A DNA stretch of 64,000 nucleotides from Eubacteriales bacterium (GTDB lineage: Bacteria; Bacillota; Clostridia; Oscillospirales; CAG-272): assembly GCA_045612385.1 (NCBI GenBank), contig JAZKYZ010000028.1:701-64700 (forward strand). Direction: 5' to 3'. Position 1 is the first letter of the stretch; each line of letters starts with the position of its first letter. Positions 1 to 9,606 of this stretch are shown piece after piece. The notes under the pieces were generated by a model. That model did no database searches. It saw nothing but the letters and a program-made list of their open reading frames with translations, and was not told the origin of the DNA. The position numbers and the translations under genes were made by a program.

Positions 1-1431
1 TTCCTGAATTGGTTTACCATCAATCAAAATCTCTCCTTGATTGATATCATAAAACCTATTTAAAAGATTGGTTATGGTTGTCTTGCCGGCTCCCGTAGAA
101 CCAACGAATGCAATTTTCTGTCCTGGATGCGCATACAGTGAAATATTATATAGTACAGTTTTTTCAGGAACATAACCGAAAGTAACATCATTCAGTGTAA
201 CATCACCAATGATAGGAGGAATAGGCGACACCGTTTCTTCAATTATTTCTGGCGTTTCATCCATTACAGCAAAGACACGTTCTGCGCCAGCAAGAGCAGC
301 AAAAATTGTAGACATTTGCATCGAGATCATATCAATAGGTCTTGCAAATTGTTTGGAATAACCGGCAAAAACAGTTAAAATACCAGGCGTCATATTCGCT
401 GTACACATAAGAACACCACCTACACCTACGGTAACACTATAACAGATTTGGCTTGTATTACCGAGAAGTGGTCCCATAATTCCACCGAAGAAAGAAGCGT
501 CAAATTGTCTTTTTCTTAAATCCTCATTTAAGAGTTCAAATTCCTCACTCGCTTCGTCTTCGTGATTAAAAACCTTGATCACCTTTTGTCCAGAAACGGT
601 TTCTTGAATATATCCATTTAAAGCGCCAAGAGAGGCTTGTTGACCAGAATAGTGTTTACTCGACCATTTTCCAATCACAGAAGCGCCCTTTGCAAAAACA
701 GGAATAAAGCATATTGTAATCAGAGTCAACCAAATATTGGTTGTAATCATAAATACAAATGTACCTATCAAACTGACTACGCCACTGACAATGGAAGTTA
801 AGGAGTTTGATAGCATAACGTCGATATTGTCAATATCATTTGTATAACGACTCATCAATTCGCCAGTTGTATGCGAATCAAAATAACGGATAGGAAGTGC
901 TTGCATCTTAGCAAACAGGTCGGAACGAATACGCTCCACCGAATTTTTAGAGATTGTAAGCATCATTCTTGCTTGCAAATATGAGGTAAAAACACCCACT
1001 ATATAAATGAATGCTAAAACAATAAGAGCACAAGCAATATAGACAAGTACGCTCGTTATGCGTGTTCCCATCATCTCTTGTATGAATGGAAGTTCCGTAA
1101 ACTTAACAAGTAAAGAATCCACCGTTCTTTCAATCATACTCTGCTCTATCACAAGATCAGGTATAATTTCCTTGCTAATTCGGTTAATAATGGGAGCAAC
1201 CATATAAGAGCCAAAAAGTGTTGTTACCGTGTTGACAAGCATACATAGCAACACAAGAAGAAATAAGTATTTATATTTTCCAATATAGGAAAGCATACGT
1301 TTGATAGTAGAACCAAGATGTTTCGGCTTTCCCTTTAGATGTGGATGACCACGACGGCCCCCCATCATCCCATTTTTTACTTTAACCTCGCTAAAGTATT
1401 GTTTTTTGAGTTGTTCAATGTTTCTTGCCAT
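1..1431 (-). CDS. ABC transporter permease/ATP-binding protein (partial, C-terminus beyond window start); second subunit of a heterodimeric exporter pair
   Basis: Minus frame is open from position 1 to ATG at 1431, 2 nt downstream of the stop of the preceding ABC gene. My translation gives a multi-TM exporter domain followed by Walker A FVGSTGAGKTT at about nt 60-110. Confidence 0.85.
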   Translation of the reverse strand, partial: MARNIEQLKKQYFSEVKVKNGMMGGRRGHPHLKGKPKHLGSTIKRMLSYIGKYKYLFLLVLLCMLVNTVTTLFGSYMVAPIINRISKEIIPDLVIEQSMIERTVDSLLVKFTELPFIQEMMGTRITSVLVYIACALIVLAFIYIVGVFTSYLQARMMLTISKNSVERIRSDLFAKMQALPIRYFDSHTTGELMSRYTNDIDNIDVMLSNSLTSIVSGVVSLIGTFVFMITTNIWLTLITICFIPVFAKGASVIGKWSSKHYSGQQASLGALNGYIQETVSGQKVIKVFNHEDEASEEFELLNEDLRKRQFDASFFGGIMGPLLGNTSQICYSVTVGVGGVLMCTANMTPGILTVFAGYSKQFARPIDMISMQMSTIFAALAGAERVFAVMDETPEIIEETVSPIPPIIGDVTLNDVTFGYVPEKTVLYNISLYAHPGQKIAFVGSTGAGKTTITNLLNRFYDINQGEILIDGKPIQE

Positions 1432-1433
1432 AC

Positions 1434-3173
1434 TTATTCCTCCTTTGCACTCACTTGAGATTGATAAATCTCTCGATAGGTCTCATTACTTAAAAGGAGT
1501 TCGTTATGCGTTCCAATACCAGAAATCACACCATCATCCATTACAATAATCATATCTGCCCCTTGTACGGAGTTGATACGTTGAGCAATGATAATTTTCG
1601 TGCAATCGGATAATTCGGTCGCAAAAGCATCTTGAATTTGTCTTTCGGTGGCAGTATCGACAGCACTTGTGGAATCATCTAAAATCACAATTTTAGGCTT
1701 CTTTAGCAGTGCGCGTGCAATACACAATCTTTGTTTTTGACCACCAGAAAGATTAGAACCACCTTGAGAAAGTTCGGTTTGATAACCATCGTTAAAACTT
1801 GAAATAAACCTATCAGCAGCAGCGTAGGAAGCAAAACGCTCAATTTCTTCTTGCGTAGCGTCTTCATCACCCCAGCGCAGATTTTCTGCGATTGTACCTG
1901 AAAAGAGTACATTCTTTTGGAGTACCACACCAATGTCGTCTCTGAGTGAAATTAAAGGATATTGACGAACATCAATGCCGTCAATAAGTACCTGTCCTTC
2001 GTCAACATCATATAATCTGGGGATCAAGGAAACAAGTGTTGTTTTACCACATCCTGTGGAGCCAATAATTCCAACAGTAGAACAAGCAGGAATGCGTAAT
2101 GAAATGCTATCAAGGACTTTTTCTTCGTTATTTTTGTAATAACGGAAGCTAACATTACGAAATTCAATTTCACCACGAGTAACACGAGCATCTTCAATCG
2201 CACATTCACCATCTGCAATGTCAGGCTGCTCCGAAAGGACTTCCATTACACGTCTGCCCGAAGCCATAGCACGGGAGGAATTCATAAACAACATTGCCAC
2301 CATCATTAAGGAGGATAGTATTTGTGTAACATATGTAATGAAAGCACTCAAGTCACCAAGTGGCATTCCACCATCCAGCACAATATTGCCACCGAACCAA
2401 ATCACAGCAATGACAGAAGCGTACATAACAAGGTTCATTACAGGCATAATGAAAATCATTAACTTCATTGCACTCATACCGGCATTTTTCAGATTCTCAT
2501 TATTCTGATTGAATTTTTTGATTTCAAACGTTTCCCGAACGAACGATTTTACAACACGGACATTGGTAATATTTTCGCCAACATTAGAGTTTAACTCATC
2601 TACCTTAGTCTGCATTTTAGCAAATCTTGAAAATCCGACAGAAACAATTCCAGAAATTGTAAGAAGTAAAACAGGAATAGCCACGGCAAAAATAACCGAC
2701 AATCTCGGCTGAAGTATAATTGCCATAACAAGTCCACCGATCATCATTCCAGGCGCACGCAGTGCCATTCTGAGCAACATATTAACAAAGTTTTGAAGCT
2801 GAGTGATATCGTTGGTTAAACGAGTGATGAGCGAACCCGTCGAAAACTTATCAATATTTGAAAAGGAAAATGTTTGGATTTTTTTAAATGTATCACGACG
2901 GACATCACTTGCAAAATTTACAGAGGCCTTTGCTCCAAAATAGGCACCACCTACACCACCAAGCATCATCAGTAATGCACATAAAATCATCAAAATCATT
3001 GTCCAAACACTACTTGTAACTGTCAATGTGTTAGATTCAGCACGATTGATGATACTTGCAAGAAGCTTAGGCATAAGTGCCTCGCCCGCAACCTCAACAA
3101 TCATACACAATGGTCCAAGTATAAAATATGGCAAATATGGAACAATATATTTTTTCCACTTCTTCAAAGCCAA
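1434..3173 (-). CDS. ABC transporter permease/ATP-binding protein (exporter half-transporter carrying the degenerate catalytic site)
   Basis: 579 aa with an N-terminal 6-TM domain. Walker A GSTGCGKTT, signature LSGGQKQR, Walker B IVILDDSTSAVD with Asp in place of the catalytic Glu, as in the degenerate subunit of heterodimeric exporters. Confidence 0.9.
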   Translation of the reverse strand: MALKKWKKYIVPYLPYFILGPLCMIVEVAGEALMPKLLASIINRAESNTLTVTSSVWTMILMILCALLMMLGGVGGAYFGAKASVNFASDVRRDTFKKIQTFSFSNIDKFSTGSLITRLTNDITQLQNFVNMLLRMALRAPGMMIGGLVMAIILQPRLSVIFAVAIPVLLLTISGIVSVGFSRFAKMQTKVDELNSNVGENITNVRVVKSFVRETFEIKKFNQNNENLKNAGMSAMKLMIFIMPVMNLVMYASVIAVIWFGGNIVLDGGMPLGDLSAFITYVTQILSSLMMVAMLFMNSSRAMASGRRVMEVLSEQPDIADGECAIEDARVTRGEIEFRNVSFRYYKNNEEKVLDSISLRIPACSTVGIIGSTGCGKTTLVSLIPRLYDVDEGQVLIDGIDVRQYPLISLRDDIGVVLQKNVLFSGTIAENLRWGDEDATQEEIERFASYAAADRFISSFNDGYQTELSQGGSNLSGGQKQRLCIARALLKKPKIVILDDSTSAVDTATERQIQDAFATELSDCTKIIIAQRINSVQGADMIIVMDDGVISGIGTHNELLLSNETYREIYQSQVSAKEE

Positions 3174-3256
3174 ACACCCCCATTTAAATTACTATTTTTT
3201 AGTATATCACAAATCTTAAATGATTTCAATATTTTTAAAATATTTTAAATAAGATA

Positions 3257-3285
3257 TTGATAAAAGTTAACATTTATGATAAAAT
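3257..3285 (+). promoter_or_regulatory. sigma-A-type promoter for NUDIX/DUF45 genes
   Basis: TTGATA (3257-3262), 17-nt spacer, TAAAAT (3280-3285), about 20 nt upstream of the SD GGAG. Confidence 0.45.
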
Positions 3286-3306
3286 ATAGAAAAAGGAGTG
3301 GATGAT

Positions 3307-3789
3307 ATGTTACAGACAACACTTTGCTATATTGAGGAAAACGGCAAATATTTGATGATGCACAGAACCAAAAAGAAAAATGACGTGAATCAAGACAAGT
3401 GGATCGGCATAGGTGGACGCTTTGAAAAAGACGAATCCCCCTATGAATGTATTCTACGTGAAATGCTTGAGGAAACGGGCTTAACCCCAGACAATCTTAC
3501 ATATCGAGGAATTATTACCTTTATCTGCGAGGGCGCCGAAAGCGAAATGATGCATCTATTCCATACGCACGGAGCGAGTGGTGAAATGCGCGAAGATTGC
3601 CAAGAAGGAGAATTATGTTGGATTGATAAATCTTCCCTTTTTTCTTTAAATTTATGGGAAGGCGATAAAATATTCCTAAAGCTCCTTGATGAAAATTGCC
3701 CCTTCTTCTCACTGAAACTGGTTTACAAAAACAATGAACTAATTTATCATAAATTATATTTTGCAAACGGACAAGAAAATGAAATATGA
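3307..3789 (+). CDS. NUDIX hydrolase (MutT-like)
   Basis: Nudix box GGRFEKDESPYECILREMLEETGL. ATG 3307 sits 9 nt after GGAG; the track start 3298 is a GTG abutting the SD. Confidence 0.85.
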   Translation: MLQTTLCYIEENGKYLMMHRTKKKNDVNQDKWIGIGGRFEKDESPYECILREMLEETGLTPDNLTYRGIITFICEGAESEMMHLFHTHGASGEMREDCQEGELCWIDKSSLFSLNLWEGDKIFLKLLDENCPFFSLKLVYKNNELIYHKLYFANGQENEI

Positions 3790-4312
3790 AGTTAAATATT
3801 CTTCACGAAAAACAATATCTATACAGATCACCAGAGAAGCTACTGTTCAGGTATTGGCACCATATAACACGGATGCTCAGAAATTAGAGGAACTTGTTAG
3901 CACTCACGAACAATGGATTCTCTCACATCTTGAAAAAATGAAGAAAAGAGTTGATTCTACTCCGGATTTAAATGAAGAAGAAATTTTGGCGTTAAAAAAA
4001 GAAGCGAAGGAAAAATTGTCTGCTATGGCAGAGCGTTTTTCCAAATTTATGGATTTAAAATATGGCAGAATTACAATTACATCAGCAAAAACAAGGTTTG
4101 GCTCTTGTAGTAGCGACGGAAATCTTTCCTTTTCCTATCGCTGTATGTTCTATCCATATGAAGTTCAGGAGTATATTGTGGTACACGAATTATCTCACCT
4201 TGTATATATGAACCACTCAAAAGATTTTTATCGACTAATCTCTTCTGTATTGCCCGATTATAAAAAACGCGCACAATACTTAAAATTGCCAATTGGTACA
4301 CCATATAAATAA
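3779..4312 (+). CDS. DUF45/YgjP-like (M48/SprT-like) metal-dependent hydrolase
   Basis: HELSHLVYMNHSKDF zinc-binding HExxH..NH motif near the C-terminus. ATG 3779 overlaps the NUDIX stop; the track start 3761 is TTG. Confidence 0.8.
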   Translation: MKYEVKYSSRKTISIQITREATVQVLAPYNTDAQKLEELVSTHEQWILSHLEKMKKRVDSTPDLNEEEILALKKEAKEKLSAMAERFSKFMDLKYGRITITSAKTRFGSCSSDGNLSFSYRCMFYPYEVQEYIVVHELSHLVYMNHSKDFYRLISSVLPDYKKRAQYLKLPIGTPYK

Positions 4313-4317
4313 AAAGG

Positions 4318-4363
4318 ATATGCCTTAGTGTAGTGAGTTTAAGGACACTACACTAAGGCATAT
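4318..4363. terminator. bidirectional intrinsic terminator between convergent genes
   Basis: Perfect 18-bp inverted repeat ATATGCCTTAGTGTAGTG / CACTACACTAAGGCATAT with a 10-nt loop, flanked by an A-run on the left and a T-run on the right. Confidence 0.8.
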
Positions 4364-4366
4364 TTT

Positions 4367-4687
4367 TTACACAAAATGAAGAATAATTCCCGTAACAAGT
4401 GCGCAAGCAGAAGAAACCAAAGAAACGGCAAGCAAGCTCCTTTCAAAAAAAGCAAGCAAAAGTGCAACTACTATGCCTACCACCGCGCTAATCGGTTCGC
4501 CTGTGGAATAAAAAACATCCGGAATTGTCATAGCAGCAAGAACGGTGTAAGGAATATAGTACAAGAAAGAGAGTAAGAATTGATTTTGTATTTGCTTTTT
4601 AACGAGGAGCAAGGGCAATAGTCGAATCAGATATGTGACTCCTGCCATAACAAATAACAGTGTGAAGAATCGAAACATATCATTCAT
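4367..4687 (-). CDS. azlD: AzlD-family branched-chain amino acid transport protein
   Basis: 106-aa hydrophobic protein overlapping the stop of an AzlC-like gene by 4 nt, the classic azlCD pairing. Confidence 0.75.
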   Translation of the reverse strand: MNDMFRFFTLLFVMAGVTYLIRLLPLLLVKKQIQNQFLLSFLYYIPYTVLAAMTIPDVFYSTGEPISAVVGIVVALLLAFFERSLLAVSLVSSACALVTGIILHFV

Positions 4688-5412
4688 TGCGTTTTCCCTC
4701 CCTCTTTTTGTTGTTTGGAAATGGGAAAAAGGAACGCAATTATAGCGCTTGCCAAAATCGCAGTAATTATAATTCTAAACCCTGAAGAAATGGAAGAAAA
4801 ACACGGAACATAGAATAAAACACAACTGATTGTAGCTGCAACAATTTCGCATATTAGTACGGCACTGTTTTTTTTGGCGGCTGGCAATAGAATCGAAAAG
4901 AACATACCGTAGATAGCGAAACCAAGAATTGTAATGATAAATGCCGGCAATAGTGTGCCTGCATATGCCCCGAATAGTGTTCCGAGCGTCCATCCGAAAT
5001 ACGGTGGAATAATAATACCGTACAAATATGGTCTGCCAAGCAATCCTTCTTTCTCAGCGCACAAACCAAACACTTCATCCGTATTCATAAAGCCAATAGC
5101 ATATCTATCGAGCGTTTTTACATCTACATCAAGTTTTTGTGAAAGTGTAATGGATGTCAAGGCATATCTAAGATTTATCGTAAACTGTGTCAGCACCATC
5201 TCAATATAAGATCCAGAACCGACAAAAATGGGGACACCTGCCATTTGACCAGCAGAGGTGACGTTGAGAACGGAGATCAGCAATGCTTGCCAAGGTTGCA
5301 ACCCTTCGCCTACGGCGAACAATCCAAAGGCGAATGAAACTGGGAAATAGGCAAAAGCAATGGATAATCCATCACGAAAACCCCATTGGGCTGTATATTT
5401 TACTTTGCTCAA
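4684..5412 (-). CDS. azlC: AzlC-family branched-chain amino acid permease component
   Basis: 242-aa multi-TM protein with an AzlC-like N-terminus (GFRDGLSIAFAYFPVSFAFG). TTG start. Extended -10 (TGGTATAAT) lies upstream. Confidence 0.82.
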   Translation of the reverse strand: MSKVKYTAQWGFRDGLSIAFAYFPVSFAFGLFAVGEGLQPWQALLISVLNVTSAGQMAGVPIFVGSGSYIEMVLTQFTINLRYALTSITLSQKLDVDVKTLDRYAIGFMNTDEVFGLCAEKEGLLGRPYLYGIIIPPYFGWTLGTLFGAYAGTLLPAFIITILGFAIYGMFFSILLPAAKKNSAVLICEIVAATISCVLFYVPCFSSISSGFRIIITAILASAIIAFLFPISKQQKEGGKTQ

Positions 5413-5486
5413 AATGTTTGTTTCCTATTTTCTTTTTTGTATCATTATACCACAAAAAACGACAGAAAACAATACCTTTAATTAAA

Positions 5487-7865
5487 TTACTCGATATGAA
5501 AATAACATATACTATTTTTTTGCTTTTTTTGTTTTGAACGTCCTACAAAAATACCCTCTGGCAATGCGTAATAAAAATATGGTTTCTCATAATCATTCGG
5601 GAATTTTATGTCCTCCGAAATTTCCATTCCCATATATTCTGCATCCGTAATAATTACTTCGGTAGGAAAAGAACGCTTTGGGAGTCGAACCAGAGAAACT
5701 AATTTTACACAGTCATCAGAAACACACCCCTCTGTCGCTATGGCATTGCATAACGAATCATACAGCACGCGAAAGTGACTTTGACACGCTTGTCTTGGCA
5801 TATTATCTACGGTAAAATAACCCTCAGATATTCTGTCGCCTCTTAAATCCAATTTACAACTTTCGCAAGGAAGCAAGCCAGAATCTTGACAATATTGACA
5901 TTTAATCAGGCCACCTGTTGAGAAGGAGGAAATACCCATTTTGCTTATCTTTTCCTGATGCAATTGTTTCATTACTTCATCCCAAAGATTAAGATGAGAA
6001 ACAGAAACCTTCCCGATTGATTTTTCAGGGGCAGTCTTGGCGCACCATATGCCTGCTGTATAATAAGGCGTGTAACCAATAAATAATCTGTCTTTATCAT
6101 CACCAGATGTTCCGGTTTTCCCTGCAGTGTCTATACTTTCTTTTAATTGTATATTCTTTGCCGTTCCACCATCAACCACCTCAGAGAGAAGTTGATTCAT
6201 AATTCTCGCTGTTTCTTTTTTATATACTCTCTTTTCTGGGGATTTGTTTTCCAAAAGTAAATTATTATCTTTATCATATACCGCAATATATCCCTTTGAT
6301 TCGGAAAATACACCTTCACGAGGGAAGGCAGTATAAGCATCTGTTAATTCCTTTAGAGTCGCGCCGTAACTTAATTGTCCCAACGCCAAAGGAGATTTGG
6401 CCAAATCCGTTAGTTTGGTTCCATCAGATAGCTGCTTGTATCGCACTATATGCTTAAAGTGAAAGTCATTTACAAGATGCGAATATATCTCCTCGTTACC
6501 AAGCATCTGATAAAGACGTATGGCAATCGTGTTTTTTGAAAATTTCAATGCATCCCTAATTGTTGTTAATCCATCATATCGCATTGGTAAATTCTGAGGA
6601 TATAAGCGATATTCATTTCCTTCCTTAATAAACTCAAGTGGAACATCATCAAGAGTTGTCCCCCAATGTATTTTGTTTTGATTAAGGAGAGGAGCATATA
6701 ACGCCAAAGGTTTTAAGGATGAGCCAGGAGTATGTGGCGTATCTGTCGCTAAATTCAATAGTCTATTCCCTTTTTTAATTGCCCCGTTCCCAAGCACCGC
6801 CGACAAATACCCTGTATCGTTATTCACAATAATCATTGCAAAATCCAGTTGATTTTCCTCGATTTTTTCCTGTGTTTCATCCGAATAAAATACGTGATTT
6901 AATGCATCAGTTGCTACGATATCCTCAGTGGAATATATCTTCAGCCCCCCATTTGAAAGTAAAAAGCTAACTGCTTGAGGTGTCATTCCTTTTTCGATTA
7001 AATCTTGTTTAACCTGTTCGATAACAGTTTCCGAAAACCAGCTGATTGTAGAAGTATCGTTCTTTGCCTCGCTTACTGTAATAATATCTTCCTTAATCGC
7101 TTCCTCATATTCCTCTTCTGTTATATAACAACAACGAAGCATTGTAGATAATATTACATCTCGCTTTTCTTTTGTTTCCTTCGGATGCCGTACAGGGTGA
7201 AATTTAGAAGGCGCATTTGTGATAGCGACTATCGTTGCGCATTCAGAGATAGATAATTCCGAAACATCTTTTCCAAAATACGTTTTTGCTGCCGATGAAA
7301 CACCGATCAAACGGTTCCCCATAGGTATGATATTCAAATACATTTCAAGGATTTCGTTTTTAGAATGTTTCCGTTCTAAAGCATAGGCGCGGAATATTTC
7401 GTCGATTTTTCTTTTTATTGAAAGTTCATTGTCCCCGCTTATGTTTTTAATTACCTGTTGTGTGATCGTTGAAGCGCCAAATCTCTTTTCACTTTTAGTC
7501 AAATAGTTGAGTAAAGCCTTAATTGTTCTCGGAATATTCACTCCATTATGCTGATAAAAATTTCTGTCTTCTGTACATAAAAATGCATTTATTAAAACAG
7601 TCGGCACATCTTCTATATCTACCCACTTATTTTCATATTCGCTAAAGCAAACTTCCTCACGAACTTTGGGTCTATAGTTTTTCAAATCCTTTCCTGAAAA
7701 TCCACTGACATCTGCATAAATGGTAATGACAGACGTATGATTTGAATTTTTAAATAGCAACTCGTCTTTTTCATAATCAATCTTCAAAATATAAAAAAGC
7801 AACCCCAAAAGTGTAATAGCAAAGAAAATAAGTAAAATGAATGGAATATATTTTTTACTCTTCAT
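5487..7865 (-). CDS. class A penicillin-binding protein (transglycosylase/transpeptidase) with Cys-rich C-terminal extension
   Basis: N-terminal TM. GT51 motif EDRNFYQHNGVN. Transpeptidase motifs SSLKP (SxxK), SKN and KTGTS. About 150 extra C-terminal residues with many Cys. Confidence 0.9.
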   Translation of the reverse strand: MKSKKYIPFILLIFFAITLLGLLFYILKIDYEKDELLFKNSNHTSVITIYADVSGFSGKDLKNYRPKVREEVCFSEYENKWVDIEDVPTVLINAFLCTEDRNFYQHNGVNIPRTIKALLNYLTKSEKRFGASTITQQVIKNISGDNELSIKRKIDEIFRAYALERKHSKNEILEMYLNIIPMGNRLIGVSSAAKTYFGKDVSELSISECATIVAITNAPSKFHPVRHPKETKEKRDVILSTMLRCCYITEEEYEEAIKEDIITVSEAKNDTSTISWFSETVIEQVKQDLIEKGMTPQAVSFLLSNGGLKIYSTEDIVATDALNHVFYSDETQEKIEENQLDFAMIIVNNDTGYLSAVLGNGAIKKGNRLLNLATDTPHTPGSSLKPLALYAPLLNQNKIHWGTTLDDVPLEFIKEGNEYRLYPQNLPMRYDGLTTIRDALKFSKNTIAIRLYQMLGNEEIYSHLVNDFHFKHIVRYKQLSDGTKLTDLAKSPLALGQLSYGATLKELTDAYTAFPREGVFSESKGYIAVYDKDNNLLLENKSPEKRVYKKETARIMNQLLSEVVDGGTAKNIQLKESIDTAGKTGTSGDDKDRLFIGYTPYYTAGIWCAKTAPEKSIGKVSVSHLNLWDEVMKQLHQEKISKMGISSFSTGGLIKCQYCQDSGLLPCESCKLDLRGDRISEGYFTVDNMPRQACQSHFRVLYDSLCNAIATEGCVSDDCVKLVSLVRLPKRSFPTEVIITDAEYMGMEISEDIKFPNDYEKPYFYYALPEGIFVGRSKQKKQKNSICYFHIE

Positions 7866-7869
7866 AAAA

Positions 7870-7911
7870 AACCTCCCGTGACGTTCAGAATAATCTTACG
7901 CACGAGAGGTT
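7870..7911 (-). terminator. truA terminator-like hairpin whose 3' arm contains the PBP Shine-Dalgarno
   Basis: On the minus strand AACCTCTCGTG...CACGGGAGGTT forms an 11-bp stem with one G-U, followed by TTTTTT and then the ATG of the PBP gene. Confidence 0.5.
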
Positions 7912-7970
7912 TAAATCATAATAATAAAATTCTTGTAACTCTTGAAATAAATAACAGTTAAAAACAATAT

Positions 7971-8732
7971 TTAGAAGGAAATCCCGTTTTTGTAAACAAC
8001 TGTTTTCAAATAGAGCCCTTCGGGAGGAGCTGTCATACCGGCATTTTCACGTTTTTTCGACGCAATAATATTTTGGATATCATCATAACCTTTACGTCTA
8101 AGCGCATACTCCACTAAGGTTCCTACGATAATACGGACCATATTATATAAGAATCCATCTGCGCATATTTGAATAGAAATGATATCTTCCTCTCTATCTA
8201 TGACAAGACTTTTAATTGTACGTACGGTATCAACCACATCACTACCTTCAGCCATAAAGGCTGAAAAGTCATACGTTCCAATAAACATCTTCGCGCCAGT
8301 CTGCATACGTGCAAAGGCCTCCTCGTCAATGATATGTGGAAGAAACCATGCGCGATTATACTCCATAGGATTTGGAACTTTAGAATTATGAATACGATAT
8401 AAGTAAGTTTTAGACTCTACGTCATATCTGACGTGAAAATCCGAAGAAACCTCCATCGCAGAAAGAATGGATAAATCAGTGGGCAAATACGGAATCGCTG
8501 CAAGGGGAAGCTTGGATGGAGGGATAGTTGCAACATTACTTTCTATTGTTACGCAAAAACCAAGCGCATGAACACCACTATCTGTGCGTGAACAACCTGT
8601 AATTTTTGGCGTTTCACCAAACAAACGTGTCAGGGACTCGGATAACACGCCCATTACAGTTCTTTTTTGTGGTTGCACTTGAAAACCACAAAAATCAGTA
8701 CCAACATATGCAATTTTCGCAAGATATTTCAT
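7971..8732 (-). CDS. truA: tRNA pseudouridine(38-40) synthase
   Basis: KIAYVGTDFCGFQVQP N-terminus and RTDSGVHA catalytic-Asp motif. Canonical position after ecfT. Confidence 0.92.
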   Translation of the reverse strand: MKYLAKIAYVGTDFCGFQVQPQKRTVMGVLSESLTRLFGETPKITGCSRTDSGVHALGFCVTIESNVATIPPSKLPLAAIPYLPTDLSILSAMEVSSDFHVRYDVESKTYLYRIHNSKVPNPMEYNRAWFLPHIIDEEAFARMQTGAKMFIGTYDFSAFMAEGSDVVDTVRTIKSLVIDREEDIISIQICADGFLYNMVRIIVGTLVEYALRRKGYDDIQNIIASKKRENAGMTAPPEGLYLKTVVYKNGISF

Positions 8733-8745
8733 AATGTTTCCCTCA

Positions 8746-9606
8746 TTAAATAATATAAAAGAGGAAATCTATCGCAAAGCCAGAAACAGAAACAAAATCT
8801 CTTCCCCTATTTAATAAAAGAGTTGTTGTTAAAACAGCGATAAGCAAAAGAACAAACCATAGATCGCGCAAATGAAATGTTAGTTTGACCATCTTAGTTC
8901 TTTTTCTATCTACTGCATAACAACGGCATTCCATTGCGCTTGCCAGTTCCCCTGCTCTTTTAAAAGAGGAGGCGAATAATGGAATGATCAAAGGAATTAA
9001 AGCTTTCGCGCGACGAATTAGGTTGCCACTTGAAAAATCGGCGCCACGAGAACTTTGCGCATTCATTATCTTTTCCGTTTCTTCAACGAGAGTCGGAATA
9101 AACCTAAGCGCGATTGTCATCATCATTGAAAAAATACTTACCGGAACTTTAAAGAGTTTCAAGGGGGAAAGTATCCATTCAAGTCCGTCAGTTAAGGCAA
9201 TAGGAGATGTTGTGTAAGTCAAAAACAAACTCGTTCCAATAATAAACAGCAAGAAGCGCAGTGACATAAAAATGGCGCGCATAATACCTTCATAATAAAT
9301 ATGAATAAAATACCATTCAAAAATAGGATCGCCGACACCCTTTGTAGCAAAAATATGAAGCAGTGATGTAAATATCAGAATAAAGTACATCGGCTTCAAG
9401 CCTTTTAAAATTACTTTAGTGCTGATTTTAGTGAGTGGAATAAGAATCAGCGTGAATATCGTTAAAAACAGAAAAGCAATGGGCGTTTTCGCAAGGAATA
9501 CGGTAACAATATAAGCTATGGCAAGAATAATTTTTGTTCTCGGATCTAACTTATGAACAACAGAAAATCCTGGGAAAAATTGTCCTAAGGTGATGTCTGA
9601 AATCAT
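8746..9606 (-). CDS. ecfT: ECF transporter transmembrane (T) component
   Basis: 286-aa multi-TM protein directly after two ECF-type ATPases. Contains the SSRGADF Arg-Gly motif region. Confidence 0.9.
   Translation of the reverse strand: MISDITLGQFFPGFSVVHKLDPRTKIILAIAYIVTVFLAKTPIAFLFLTIFTLILIPLTKISTKVILKGLKPMYFILIFTSLLHIFATKGVGDPIFEWYFIHIYYEGIMRAIFMSLRFLLFIIGTSLFLTYTTSPIALTDGLEWILSPLKLFKVPVSIFSMMMTIALRFIPTLVEETEKIMNAQSSRGADFSSGNLIRRAKALIPLIIPLFASSFKRAGELASAMECRCYAVDRKRTKMVKLTFHLRDLWFVLLLIAVLTTTLLLNRGRDFVSVSGFAIDFLFYII

Noticed and set aside
3228-3244. Perfect AT palindrome AATATTTT-T-AAAATATT in the ABC/NUDIX divergent region
   Set aside because: Pure A/T palindromes of this size are expected by chance in AT-rich intergenic DNA. 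There is no partner site or adjacent regulator gene.
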